NCBI GenBank assembly: GCA_029260395.1
Contig: JAJDDJ010000002.1
Span: 145,155-209,154 of the forward strand
DNA length: 64,000 bases
Direction: 5' to 3'
From: Phycisphaerales bacterium
GTDB lineage: Bacteria; Planctomycetota; Phycisphaerae; Phycisphaerales; UBA1924
Below the pieces are notes generated by a model. The model was not told the DNA's origin, made no database searches, and saw only the letters and a program-made list of their open reading frames with translations. Made by a program: the position numbers and the translations under genes. Position 1 is the first letter of the stretch. Each line of letters opens with the position of its first letter. Shown here piece by piece: positions 8,949-18,177 of this stretch.

Positions 8949-11105
8949 GTGGCCAAGCCCCCCGCAACTAAAATGGCACCCAAGCCGACCGCTGAACTCC
9001 CGCAATGGCTGCTCAAGCTCAGCGCCCAGCGTGAGCTGATCGCCCCCATCGGCTTTGTCATGCTCCTAGGCGTGATCCTCGTGCCGCTGCCCCCGATGGT
9101 GCTCGACCTGCTCATCAGCCTCAACATCGCGCTCAGCGTGATCGTCCTGCTGACCACCATCTACATGAAGCGGCCGCTCGAGTTCAGCGTCTTCCCCTCG
9201 CTGCTGCTCGCGACGACCATGTTCCGCCTTGTGCTCAACATCGCTTCCACCCGCCTCATTCTCAGCGCGGATGCCTCAACCCCAGAGGAGGCGATGGGTG
9301 TCGCTGGCAAGGTCATCAGCGCCTTCGGAGCGTTTGTCGCTGGCGACTCGCTGTTCGTCGGCGTGGTCATTGCCACCATCATCCTCATTGTCCAGTTTGT
9401 TGTCGTGACCAAGGGTGCCACCCGCGTCAGCGAGGTTGCCGCCCGCTTCACGCTCGATGCCATGCCCGGCAAGCAGATGGCGATCGACTCCGATCTCAAC
9501 GCAGGACTGATCGACGAGAACGAGGCCCGCACCCGTCGCGAAGAAATCCGCCAGGAAGCAGACTTCTTCGGCGCCATGGACGGCTCCAGCAAGTTCGTCC
9601 GGGGCGATGCCATCGCGGGCATTCTCATCCTTGTCATCAACATCATCGGCGGGTTTGCGGTGGGGGCCATCTCCAAGGGCTGGCCCGTCGGCCAGACCGC
9701 CGAGGTCTTCACGACGCTGACCATCGGCGACGGCCTCACCAGCCAGATCCCCAGCTTCATCATCTCGATCGCGGCGGCCCTCATCGTCACCCGCTCGGGT
9801 TCCAAAGAGAACCTCGGCGAGGAGTTCGCCGGCCAACTCACCAGCCAGCCGCGGGGTCTGGTCATCACAGCCGGTTTCCTCGCGGCGCTCTCGTTCACGC
9901 CGCTGCCCACCGTCCCGCTGCTTGTGACTTCGGCCGCACTGGCGGGCATCGCCTACAGCCTCCGTCGAACCGCCCGGCACAAAGAAGAGCAGGCCTCCAT
10001 CAAGCAGTCCTCAGAAGCCCAGAGCGCCTCTGCTCCGCCGCCCATCGAGACCCTGCTCAAGGTGGACACACTCGAACTCGAAGTCGGCTACGGCATCGTC
10101 CCACTCATCGATAAGAACCAAGGCGGCGACCTGCTCGATCGCATCAACGCCATCCGACGCCAACTCGCGGTCGAGCTCGGGCTCGTCATGCCTCCCGTTC
10201 GCATACGTGACAACATGCAGCTCAAATCAAGCGAGTACCGCATCAAGGTGCGAGGGGCCGAGGTCGCCCGATCGCACGTCTACCCCGACATGCTCATGGC
10301 GATGGACCCGGGCATCGCCACGGGCACCCTTGAAGGCGAACCCACCACCGAGCCCGCGTTCGGGCTGAAGGCCATGTGGATCAACCCCCAGCTCCGCCAG
10401 CGGGCCGAGACCCTTAACTACACCGTCGTTGACGCCACCAGCGTGATGGCCACGCATCTCACTGAGCTCGTCAAACAGCACGCCAGCGAGCTGCTCACCC
10501 GCGAAGAAGTCAACAACCTGATCGAGGGCCTCAAGACCCGCGCCCCCAAGCTTTGCGAGGAAGCGATCCCGGCCATCGTCAAGCCCGCCGATCTCCAACG
10601 CGTGCTCCACAATCTCCTCCGCGAGCGTGTCCCGGTCCGCGACATGGAGACCATCGTCGAGACCCTCGCCGACTGGGCGCCCCGCAGCAAAGACATGGAC
10701 ATCCTCACCGAGTACACCCGCAACGCCCTTCGAAGATCCATCTGCGAGCAGCACGCGGTCTCGCAAGACGGCGTACCCAGCCTCGTCTGTGTTACGCTCG
10801 ACCCGAGCTTCGAGGACCAGGTCTCGGCGTACATCGATCGAGGCACCAGCGGCACCACAGTCTCGATGCCCGCCCGCGTGGCCGCCGAACTCGCAGGCCG
10901 AGTCGTCCGGGCGCTCAAGCCGCTCGTCGATGCCGGACATCCACCGCTTGTGCTCGCCTCGCCCCAGGTTCGTGGCCCCGTCTGGCAGATGCTCGAACCT
11001 CACATCAAGTCCGTCGTCGTCCTCGGCTACAACGAGGTGGTCGCGGGAGTCGAGATCGAGTCCCACGGCCTGGTCACCCTTCAGCAAGAAACCGCCGCCG
11101 CATGA
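8949..11105 (+). CDS. flhA: flagellar export gate protein FlhA
   Basis: 718 aa. Conserved FHIPEP region (FVAGDSLFVGVVIATIILIVQFVVVTKGATRVSEVAARFTLDAMPGKQMAIDSDL) and a cytoplasmic C-terminal domain. Confidence 0.95.
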   Translation: MAKPPATKMAPKPTAELPQWLLKLSAQRELIAPIGFVMLLGVILVPLPPMVLDLLISLNIALSVIVLLTTIYMKRPLEFSVFPSLLLATTMFRLVLNIASTRLILSADASTPEEAMGVAGKVISAFGAFVAGDSLFVGVVIATIILIVQFVVVTKGATRVSEVAARFTLDAMPGKQMAIDSDLNAGLIDENEARTRREEIRQEADFFGAMDGSSKFVRGDAIAGILILVINIIGGFAVGAISKGWPVGQTAEVFTTLTIGDGLTSQIPSFIISIAAALIVTRSGSKENLGEEFAGQLTSQPRGLVITAGFLAALSFTPLPTVPLLVTSAALAGIAYSLRRTARHKEEQASIKQSSEAQSASAPPPIETLLKVDTLELEVGYGIVPLIDKNQGGDLLDRINAIRRQLAVELGLVMPPVRIRDNMQLKSSEYRIKVRGAEVARSHVYPDMLMAMDPGIATGTLEGEPTTEPAFGLKAMWINPQLRQRAETLNYTVVDATSVMATHLTELVKQHASELLTREEVNNLIEGLKTRAPKLCEEAIPAIVKPADLQRVLHNLLRERVPVRDMETIVETLADWAPRSKDMDILTEYTRNALRRSICEQHAVSQDGVPSLVCVTLDPSFEDQVSAYIDRGTSGTTVSMPARVAAELAGRVVRALKPLVDAGHPPLVLASPQVRGPVWQMLEPHIKSVVVLGYNEVVAGVEIESHGLVTLQQETAAA

Positions 11106-11214
11106 AGCACGCTGACCACCGGCCAGCCGACCAAATCGACCACTGGCGTGCGCCCAAGCAAGCCGCTACGCTGACCTCTCACCACCACCGGGTTCCCTGC
11201 CAAGGACGGCGAAT

Positions 11215-12699
11215 TTGAACCTCAAAACCTTTCGCGGAAGCTCGATGGCGCAGGCGCTCGCCGAGGTTAAGAAAGACCTCGGACGCGATGCCGTCATTCT
11301 GCACACGCGGACGCTCCGTGTGGGCGGCGTGCTCGGCGTCGGAACCAAAGCCATCATCGAGATCACCGCATCCGATGCGGACCCGTCCGATCTCGGGGTC
11401 AAGCCAAGGCCTAGGCCCCGCGTGCCCACCACCCGCCTGCCCGCGACGATCCCCGCACCCATGCCCGCCTCGGTGCTGGACCGCGCGGAGGAGTTCATCG
11501 CCGCAGCACCCTGGGAGAAGCGGGCGACAGCCCTCAAGACCGGTGCTCCCACCGTGAAGGCTCAAGCGCAACCAGAGCCCGTCGCAGCGCCCATCGCAGA
11601 CGATGGGCGTGCCCCGTCTACCAAGACGATCGAGCCACCGAGTCGACCAGTCGCGATCGACCTGACCGACCACCAAGTCCGCCCGCTTGGTGGGGGGCTA
11701 CCAACAGTCCGCGTCGATCCGTCTGCTTCGCTTTCCGACGAGCTAAGCCAGATCAAGTCCATGCTCGGCCACGTTCTCCGCTCGACTCGCTCGCAAGCGA
11801 TCGATGTCGGCGCGATGCCCTCGGCCCTGCTCGGGGCGTACACATGGCTCATCGAGCAGGAAGTCCCCGATGCCATCGCCGAGGCGCTGCTTACCGAGGT
11901 TCGCGATCGGCTCGACCACGAAGAGCTCGCCTCCCCTCAGGCCGTCAGGCAGGCGGTGCTCGCCCGAATCGCGGCACGCATCAGCACCTGCGACCAGTGG
12001 CCCCCGTCGCGCCGCAGCGGCCGGCCTTCGGTGGTCGCGCTGGTCGGGCCTACCGGTGTTGGAAAGACGACGACTCTTGCCAAACTCGCTGCGGGCCTTC
12101 GGCTCAGGCGAGGCATGCGCGTCGGGCTGGTCACCTGCGATACCTACCGCATCGCCGCCGTCGAACAGCTTAGAACCTACGCCGAGATCATCGGAGTCCC
12201 TCTGAAAGTCGCGCTGTCCGCCAGTGAACTCGCCGACGCCATCACCGCTTTCGGCGACCAGGATCTCGTGCTCGTCGATACCGCCGGTCGCAGCCAGAAC
12301 GACGCCGACCGACTCGCCGAACTCCGCTCTCTCATCGAAGTCGCCAAGCCCGACCAGACCCATCTCGTGCTGTCGTCCGCATCCAGCCCGGGTGTGCTCC
12401 GCCGAGCCTGCGAGAAATTCGCGGTCCTCGGCCCCGACCGTCTGCTCCTGACCAAAGTTGACGAAGCCGTCGGCCTTGGCCCAGTGCTCGATGTGCTCGA
12501 ACGCACTCGCCTCCCGATGAGCTTCATCTCGACCGGCCAAGAAGTGCCCGATCACATCGAACGCGCTCAGCCAGAGCGACTCGCTCGGCGGATCATGGGC
12601 TCGGCGATTCAACCAGGCGAATCGGCCAATCCAGAACGAGACTCGCTCGCAGAGCCGCACGCTGTCGCGGTGGGGCATGAAGCAGGGCCGTCGAGGTGA
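11215..12699 (+). CDS. flhF: flagellar biosynthesis SRP-type GTPase FlhF
   Basis: N-terminus MNLKTFRGSSMAQALAEVKKDLGRDAVIL. G motifs GPTGVGKTTTLAKLAA, DTAGRSQ and LTKVDE. TTG start. Confidence 0.85.
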   Translation: MNLKTFRGSSMAQALAEVKKDLGRDAVILHTRTLRVGGVLGVGTKAIIEITASDADPSDLGVKPRPRPRVPTTRLPATIPAPMPASVLDRAEEFIAAAPWEKRATALKTGAPTVKAQAQPEPVAAPIADDGRAPSTKTIEPPSRPVAIDLTDHQVRPLGGGLPTVRVDPSASLSDELSQIKSMLGHVLRSTRSQAIDVGAMPSALLGAYTWLIEQEVPDAIAEALLTEVRDRLDHEELASPQAVRQAVLARIAARISTCDQWPPSRRSGRPSVVALVGPTGVGKTTTLAKLAAGLRLRRGMRVGLVTCDTYRIAAVEQLRTYAEIIGVPLKVALSASELADAITAFGDQDLVLVDTAGRSQNDADRLAELRSLIEVAKPDQTHLVLSSASSPGVLRRACEKFAVLGPDRLLLTKVDEAVGLGPVLDVLERTRLPMSFISTGQEVPDHIERAQPERLARRIMGSAIQPGESANPERDSLAEPHAVAVGHEAGPSR

Positions 12700-13583
12700 C
12701 CGCTGCCAGCTCCGATCAGGCTGCTCGCCTCCGCAAGCTCTTTGAGGCTCACCTGCCAACACCCGCTGTGAGTCTGGCGCCCGTTCCAGTCGGGCCGGTC
12801 GCACCGATGCTGACAATCGCCTCTGGCAAGGGCGGTGTCGGTAAGACCTCACTCGCGGTCAACCTCTCGATCGCCCTCACCCAGCTCGGCTGCCGAACCA
12901 CGCTGCTCGATGCCGACATCGGGACCGCCAACGCTGATGTGCTCTGCGGGCTCAACCCACGCAAGCGCCTCGATACGCTCCTCAACCGTGCGGATAGCTC
13001 CGATCAGATCGCCCTCGAAGCTCCGGGCGGGTTCCTGCTGCTACCCGGCGCCGTCGGACTGACCCGACTTGGCCACCTGAACGACGACGACCGCGACCGC
13101 GTGCTCCGCAGGCTCACCGAGCTGGAGTTCCGCACCGATGCGTTCCTCATCGACGCAGGCGCGGGCGTAGGCCCGGATGTCCAGACCTTCGTCGAGGCCG
13201 CCGACGCGACCCTGCTCGTCGTAACCCCTGAGCCAACCTCGATCGCCGACGCCTACGCGCTGGTCAAGAGCGTCTGGGCACGCAGGCGATCGATGCCCTC
13301 AATCGGGCGCTCGCCAAAATGGTGGGTCGTCGTCAATTCCGCAGCCCACGAGGCCGAGGCCCTGGCGACGCATCACAAACTCGCCTCATGCGCGCACCGG
13401 TTCTTGGGGCAGAGCCTGCCGCTGCTGGGCTGGGTGCACGCCGACCGCCGAGTCGCGCAAGCCGTGCGCCGTCGTCGGCCATTCTTGCTCGGCTCGCGCC
13501 ACAGTCGGCCATCGCGCGAGGTCCGCGTTCTGGCCCGCAGCGTGCTACGTCTTACCCAGTCCATGGGCCCGCCTGCAAGCTGA
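12696..13583 (+). CDS. flhG: MinD/ParA-type ATPase FlhG (YlxH)
   Basis: Deviant Walker A IASGKGGVGKTSLAVNL. Follows flhF with a start/stop overlap. Confidence 0.85.
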   Translation: MTAASSDQAARLRKLFEAHLPTPAVSLAPVPVGPVAPMLTIASGKGGVGKTSLAVNLSIALTQLGCRTTLLDADIGTANADVLCGLNPRKRLDTLLNRADSSDQIALEAPGGFLLLPGAVGLTRLGHLNDDDRDRVLRRLTELEFRTDAFLIDAGAGVGPDVQTFVEAADATLLVVTPEPTSIADAYALVKSVWARRRSMPSIGRSPKWWVVVNSAAHEAEALATHHKLASCAHRFLGQSLPLLGWVHADRRVAQAVRRRRPFLLGSRHSRPSREVRVLARSVLRLTQSMGPPAS

Positions 13584-13740
13584 CCACCTGCATCTTGTGG
13601 TTCTCGGTCGTTTGATTCGGCCCATGCCGCAACCGCTTGCGAGTGCGTGTCGATAATCGCAACGATCCGCACAAGTCGGCTCATGTGCTCGCCGATGGAG
13701 TGGTACTGGTTCTTGCGGAATCGCATCAAGAGGGAGAACG

Positions 13741-14028
13741 ATGCACCGGACTCAGGACATGATCGCCGCGACACTGGCCATCAGCGGCTTTACCGCTGCG
13801 GTGGTCGCTGGCATGGCCGCCTCCAACGCCCCGCTCGGGGTGGTGGCGCGGGCACTCTTTGCCATGATCCTCTGCTGGATCGTCGGGCAATTCCTGGGCA
13901 AAACCGCCAACGTGGCTATTGATGAGCACATCCGCATGTTTACTTCGTCGCGGCCGGTCCCGGCCATGATCGATGCGGATGACGACGTGATCGACGTAGA
14001 TCCCGAGTTGTCTGTGGACAACTCGTGA
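13741..14028 (+). CDS. small membrane protein (two predicted TM segments, acidic tail), unknown function
   Basis: 95 aa. AGGGAGA Shine-Dalgarno 5 nt before ATG 13741. TM-like stretches IAATLAISGFTAAVVAGMAA and ALFAMILCWIVGQFLG, with tail DADDDVIDVDPELSVDNS. Sits between flhG and fliA. Confidence 0.45.
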   Translation: MHRTQDMIAATLAISGFTAAVVAGMAASNAPLGVVARALFAMILCWIVGQFLGKTANVAIDEHIRMFTSSRPVPAMIDADDDVIDVDPELSVDNS

Positions 14029-14171
14029 ATAAAGGTGCGCCGGGTTTCCGGGCGCGCGCGCACTTGGTATATTCCAGTCGGCCGAGGGCAAGGATCGCCC
14101 AGCAGGCCGACCAAAGGCATCGATGCCTGGCTCGATTTTGAGCAATGGTCGAATGGTCAAGGAGACGACCC

Positions 14172-15041
14172 ATGGCAGCTTCCAGCATTAGCGCACCGTT
14201 CCGTGGCAGGCTCGCTCGTCGAGGCGCCCGTCATGCCGAGGCATCCGGCCTGCCCACCAGGTTCGACGACACGCCCATGGTCGAGGTCTGGACGCAATAC
14301 AAGACCGAGCCCACCGAGGAAATTCGCAATTTCCTCATGGAGAAGTTCCTCCCGCTCGTGCGCTACAACGCCGATCGCATCTACGCCCGCTTGCCCGACG
14401 AGGTCGACATCGAGGACTTGATGTCCGCTGGCCTGTTCGGCCTGATGGACGCGATCGATGCCTTCGATCTCACACGCCAGGTCAAGTTCGAGACGTTCAG
14501 CGCGGCCCGCATCCGCGGGGCCATCCTGGATGAACTTCGCGCGATGGACTGGGTACCGCGGCTTGTCCGCCACCGCACGAGCAAGGTCGACCACGCCCGC
14601 CAACAGATCGAGATGCGCACCGGCACGCCCGCTACCGAGGACCAGGTTTCCAAATTCCTCGACCTCGACAGCGAGCAGTTCGACAAGTACCTCCGCGATT
14701 CGCACTCGGTCTCAACCATCAGCCTCACCCGCCGGTGCTTCGGCTCCGATGGCGCCAAGGAAGTCCGCGAGATCGATGTCATCCGCGACACCTCGCAGAC
14801 CAACCCGCTCTCAGAAGTCCAGCGCAAGGACCTCAAACACCTGCTGACCAAGGGCCTGAGTCGAGCCGAGCGCCTCATCGTCATCCTCTACTACTACGAG
14901 GCCATGACCATGAAGGAGATCGGCGCCACGCTCGACCTCTCCGAGAGCCGCGTCAGCCAGATGCATAGCTCGATCCTCGCCCGTCTCAAGGCCCAGATGC
15001 AGCATCGCATGCGAGAACTCGAGCCAGTCGCCAAGCCGTGA
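14172..15041 (+). CDS. fliA: flagellar sigma factor FliA (sigma-28, WhiG/FliA family)
   Basis: Sigma-70 region 2 (LPLVRYNADRIYARLPDEVDIEDLMSAGLFGLMDAIDAFD) and region 4 (LSRAERLIVILYYYEAMTMKEIGATLDLSESRVSQMHS). AAGGAG lies 8 nt before ATG 14172. Confidence 0.85.
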   Translation: MAASSISAPFRGRLARRGARHAEASGLPTRFDDTPMVEVWTQYKTEPTEEIRNFLMEKFLPLVRYNADRIYARLPDEVDIEDLMSAGLFGLMDAIDAFDLTRQVKFETFSAARIRGAILDELRAMDWVPRLVRHRTSKVDHARQQIEMRTGTPATEDQVSKFLDLDSEQFDKYLRDSHSVSTISLTRRCFGSDGAKEVREIDVIRDTSQTNPLSEVQRKDLKHLLTKGLSRAERLIVILYYYEAMTMKEIGATLDLSESRVSQMHSSILARLKAQMQHRMRELEPVAKP

Positions 15042-15121
15042 CCCTTACCTGATTCTTTGCCGCCCGGCTCGGGATGCTCCCCGGGTCGGGCCGGCTGTAC
15101 GAAAAATCCAGTCCTCGGTGG

Positions 15122-15158
15122 CGTCGTTGGGACTTCGGTCTCAACGACGTTTTTTTTT
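15122..15158 (+). terminator. intrinsic terminator closing the flagellar operon
   Basis: CGTCGTTGGGAC-TTCG-GTCTCAACGACG forms a about 12-bp stem (one G.T) with a UUCG tetraloop, followed immediately by nine T residues (15150-15158). Confidence 0.8.
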
Positions 15159-15193
15159 GTGCGCACGCTGGGCGCGGTCGACGTCTTACCCTC

Positions 15194-15706
15194 ATGGCGC
15201 TCATGCCTAAGTCCCTACGAAATCCCGCTCAAGCCGCGATCGCGCTGGGGTCGAACCTCGGCAACCGCCGGCGTCATCTCGATGCAGCGGTCGCAGCGCT
15301 CGCCCGCGCCGCTGGCGTGGAAGTTATCGAAACATCAACTTTCATCGAGACTCCCCCCTTCGGCCCGCGGGGCCAACGCGACTACTTCAACGCCGCGTGC
15401 CTCGTGCGCACAACGCGATCGCCTCACTCGCTGCTCAGGCTTTTGCGCCGAATCGAGTGCAGGCGAGGTCGCGACCGCATCAACGGCCACCGGTGGGGGC
15501 CGCGCACGCTCGATCTCGACCTCCTGCTGTACGATGCTGTCGTGATAGACACCTCCGATCTCACAGTCCCGCACCAGAGGCTGCACTCTCGGCGGTTCGT
15601 GCTCGAACCACTCGCCGAGATCGCACCGAACTTGGCCGTGCCCACGTTCAATCGGACGGTGCGAGAATTGCTAGCCGAACTCGATGCCTGCGAGGCCGGG
15701 GCATGA
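15194..15706 (+). CDS. folK: 2-amino-4-hydroxy-6-hydroxymethyldihydropteridine diphosphokinase (HPPK)
   Basis: AAIALGSNLGNRRRHLDAAVAAL..., GPRTLDLDLLLYD and LTVPHQRLHSRRFVLEPLAEI are HPPK signatures. Start placed downstream of the fliA terminator. Confidence 0.85.
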   Translation: MALMPKSLRNPAQAAIALGSNLGNRRRHLDAAVAALARAAGVEVIETSTFIETPPFGPRGQRDYFNAACLVRTTRSPHSLLRLLRRIECRRGRDRINGHRWGPRTLDLDLLLYDAVVIDTSDLTVPHQRLHSRRFVLEPLAEIAPNLAVPTFNRTVRELLAELDACEAGA

Positions 15707-16866
15707 CCAGCATCGTCGCGATGTTCATGCTGTTGCACGCCTGGTGGACCGCCGCCACGGCTCCCAGCGCCGAACGTGTTGAGATCACCGTGACCTTAGC
15801 GAATGGCGAGTTTGAAAGCTCGTCGTATGCCGTGTGGTTCGAGCCGCTCACATCTGAGCTGGCACTCGCTATCGGGCCTCTCGTGATCGAAGCGGGCGAA
15901 GCCGGTCTCTGGGCCGCCCACCAACGCGACCCGACGACCGTGGCGGTGCTCACGAGTGAACCCGTGCGCACGCTCGGTGCCCTCGGCGTGTACCTCCCCC
16001 CGACGCCCACGCCCGCTGCTTCTCTCGCGATGGCCCGGCCCGACGAACCGTGGCTCCCCATCCCTCAAGCCAATCGTACCACTTGGGAGGCAGCCGACAT
16101 CCTGCTCCGAGGCCCGTGGCGCATCCCTGTTGGAGTTCGGCTCACCGGCACCTGCGAAGCTGGAAGTTTGGTGGCGGTCGTTCGCTGGGGCCACGTCGAA
16201 TCGCTCACACTCACGCCAAAGACGCGAGCTGGCCAGCCGCGGGGAGTACATTCCATTGAAGTACGCGCTTCCCACCAGATCATCCGCGAGCGGGTCCGGC
16301 TGGACCGAGGCGCGGCCCGAGTCACCAGCTTATTTTCACTGCGGCCTCTGGGGCCAGCCATCGGCCGTGGCCAGCGCATCCCGCACGGGCTAACCATCAA
16401 CGATGGTGAACGCCCCGCTCGTTACGACGAGCTGCCTTGGCCGGACAACGCCAACACCCGGCTGACCGTCATCGTGCGCGCCGATGCCATCGAAGCACAA
16501 GCCACGCTGCTTGCTGAGCTCGATTCGATCCTCGCCGAAGTAAGCCAACAGCTCGCCGGTGATGGCTTCACACCCATCGCCTTGCTCGACGGGCCTATAA
16601 CGGCGGACCCCGCTTCGCGCGCACGCTCGGCCGCCGAAGCACTCAAAGGTGCTAAAGCCTTTGCGGGCGTGTACGCGATCACCGATCAGCGCTTGCTCAT
16701 CGAGCGCATGGAGCAACAGCCCGGCCAGCAGCGCAGCCGGGCCATCGCTGTTCTTGCGGGCAGGGACGGCATCATCCGTTCAGGTCTCTCGCTCGACGGC
16801 GACCGCGATGCGGTGCGATCGGCACTGATCGATGCGATGAGGTCCGACTCGGCACGGGGCCGCTGA
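15703..16866 (+). CDS. hypothetical protein (N-terminal hydrophobic/signal-like segment)
   Basis: ATG 15703 overlaps the folK stop (ATGA). GC3-rich frame. No family recognised. Confidence 0.5.
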   Translation: MTSIVAMFMLLHAWWTAATAPSAERVEITVTLANGEFESSSYAVWFEPLTSELALAIGPLVIEAGEAGLWAAHQRDPTTVAVLTSEPVRTLGALGVYLPPTPTPAASLAMARPDEPWLPIPQANRTTWEAADILLRGPWRIPVGVRLTGTCEAGSLVAVVRWGHVESLTLTPKTRAGQPRGVHSIEVRASHQIIRERVRLDRGAARVTSLFSLRPLGPAIGRGQRIPHGLTINDGERPARYDELPWPDNANTRLTVIVRADAIEAQATLLAELDSILAEVSQQLAGDGFTPIALLDGPITADPASRARSAAEALKGAKAFAGVYAITDQRLLIERMEQQPGQQRSRAIAVLAGRDGIIRSGLSLDGDRDAVRSALIDAMRSDSARGR

Positions 16867-16909
16867 GAGACAAGAGCCGGAAAGCAGCCGAAAGAAAGTG
16901 TGAGGCGGC

Positions 16910-17935
16910 TCAGCTCGCCTCAGCCCGAGGGTGGGCGTTGCGGTAGCTGTCTCGCAAGCGCTGGGCGGTCAGGTGGGTGTAGACCTGCGTGGTGCTGAGC
17001 GACTGGTGCCCGAGCAGTTCCTGCACGCTTCGCAGGTCCGCTCCGTTGTCGAGCAGGTGCGTCGCGAAGCTATGCCGAAGCGTGTGCGGGCTGATCGAGG
17101 GATCCAGACCCACCGAGCGCAGGTACTTGTCGAGCTTGCGGCGGACCGAGCGCGAACTCAGACGCTTGCCGTGCTTGTTGACAAAAAGCGGCGTGGTCGG
17201 GCTGGCGCTACCCATCGCGGCGGCGTACCGGGCATCCTGGTGCAGCAGCTCGAGATACCGGTTGATCGCGTGGATCGCGTGGCGGCCCATCGGGACCATG
17301 CGTTCCTTCTTGCCCTTGCCGCGGACTCGCAACGATTCGGTCTCGATGTCTAAGTCGCCCACGTTCAGATCGACCAATTCGCTAACGCGGAGGCCGGTCG
17401 AGTAGAGCGTTTCGAGCATGGCCCGGTCGCGCCGGCCCAGCACGTCCGTATCAGACGGGGCAGCCAGAAGCTGCTCGACCTGCTCGACCGTGATCGCCTT
17501 GGGCAAACGCTTGTTCTGCCTGGGCGTTCGGATGAGGGTCATCGGGTTGGTTACGGCAAAGCCCCGACGCTCGGCCCACTTGTAGAACGATCGCAGCGTC
17601 GCGATCTTGCGGGCCACTGTGGCAGCCGAGTAGTTCTGCTCATCAAGGAACAGGAGGTACTTACGGATCTGGTCCGCATCGGCCTCGCAGATAAGCTTGG
17701 TGAGCGTGGGCTTGGCCGAACCGTTGTTGGTGCCGTTGTTGGCCCCGTTACTAGCGGTCCGGTTCTCAAGGGCGGCACGCTCAGCGGGCTCATCAATCTC
17801 GATCCCATGCTCGGCGATCAGATGCTCGATGTGCTGGCGAAGGTCCGCGCCGTAGCAGCGGGCCGTGTATGGGCTGAAGCGGCGTTCCTCGGTGAGGTAA
17901 ACGCCGAATGCTTCGGTGAGTGGCAGCGTGGACAT
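16910..17935 (-). CDS. tyrosine recombinase, XerC/XerD family
   Basis: N-terminal SAM-like domain (FGVYLTEERRFSPYTARCYGADLRQ). Catalytic region with R...HxxR...Y (HTLRHSFATHLL, LGHQSLSTTQVYTH). AAGGAG lies before ATG 17935. Cannot distinguish xerC from xerD. Confidence 0.85.
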   Translation of the reverse strand: MSTLPLTEAFGVYLTEERRFSPYTARCYGADLRQHIEHLIAEHGIEIDEPAERAALENRTASNGANNGTNNGSAKPTLTKLICEADADQIRKYLLFLDEQNYSAATVARKIATLRSFYKWAERRGFAVTNPMTLIRTPRQNKRLPKAITVEQVEQLLAAPSDTDVLGRRDRAMLETLYSTGLRVSELVDLNVGDLDIETESLRVRGKGKKERMVPMGRHAIHAINRYLELLHQDARYAAAMGSASPTTPLFVNKHGKRLSSRSVRRKLDKYLRSVGLDPSISPHTLRHSFATHLLDNGADLRSVQELLGHQSLSTTQVYTHLTAQRLRDSYRNAHPRAEAS

Positions 17936-18177
17936 CACCGCGGGCTCCTTGCCGATCGTCTGGGCCGATCCTTGGCCAAATGGGGTCACGAAGGCAGCCG
18001 GGCAAACCCCGCTGCACACTCGTTATCGGCAGACGAATCGTCGGACTTGGGGCCCAAAGACCACTCTGGCGATAATGGCCCAAATGGGTCCAAGAACTAC
18101 CGCCTTGGAGGCCAGATCCCGGGTCGGCAAGGCCGATTCTGCGCACCCGTCGCCGACTCAAGATTATCGAGGTTGTA

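Noticed and set aside
13373-13774. 133-aa minus-strand ORF whose first about 35 codons (MRFRKNQYHSIGEHMSRLVRIVAIIDTH...) look coding-like in the flhG-fliA spacer
   Set aside because: It has no stop until it has run about 210 nt antisense through the well-supported C-terminus of flhG. There is no RBS. It is most likely spurious, though a short antisense transcript cannot be excluded.
15397-15702. Long N-terminal extensions offered by the ORF track (e.g. 15397 for the post-folK gene, 19341 for the lipoprotein, 20408 for TolB-like, 30137 for pnp, 35964 for kynA, 51176 for the methyltransferase)
   Set aside because: The extensions overlap upstream genes or terminators, are Arg/Pro-rich, and precede internal ATGs that have Shine-Dalgarno sequences and canonical N-termini or signal peptides. 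The shorter starts were used.
18023-18030. Additional GCCGATAA octamers (minus strand here and at 3392-3399; TCCGATAA at 20241-20248; GTCGATAA at 13649-13656) as sigma-28 promoters
   Set aside because: One lies inside motB on the antisense strand and another lies upstream of a recombinase gene. None has a TAAA -35 at the right spacing. Their number shows the octamer is not rare here. This also lowers confidence in the flbD-proximal copy.
16910-18177. Tyrosine recombinase as marker of an integrated mobile element
   Set aside because: The sequence is Xer-like (SAM-like N-domain, chromosomal-type motifs). I saw no flanking direct repeats, tRNA gene, or phage or conjugation genes, and there is no compositional break around it.
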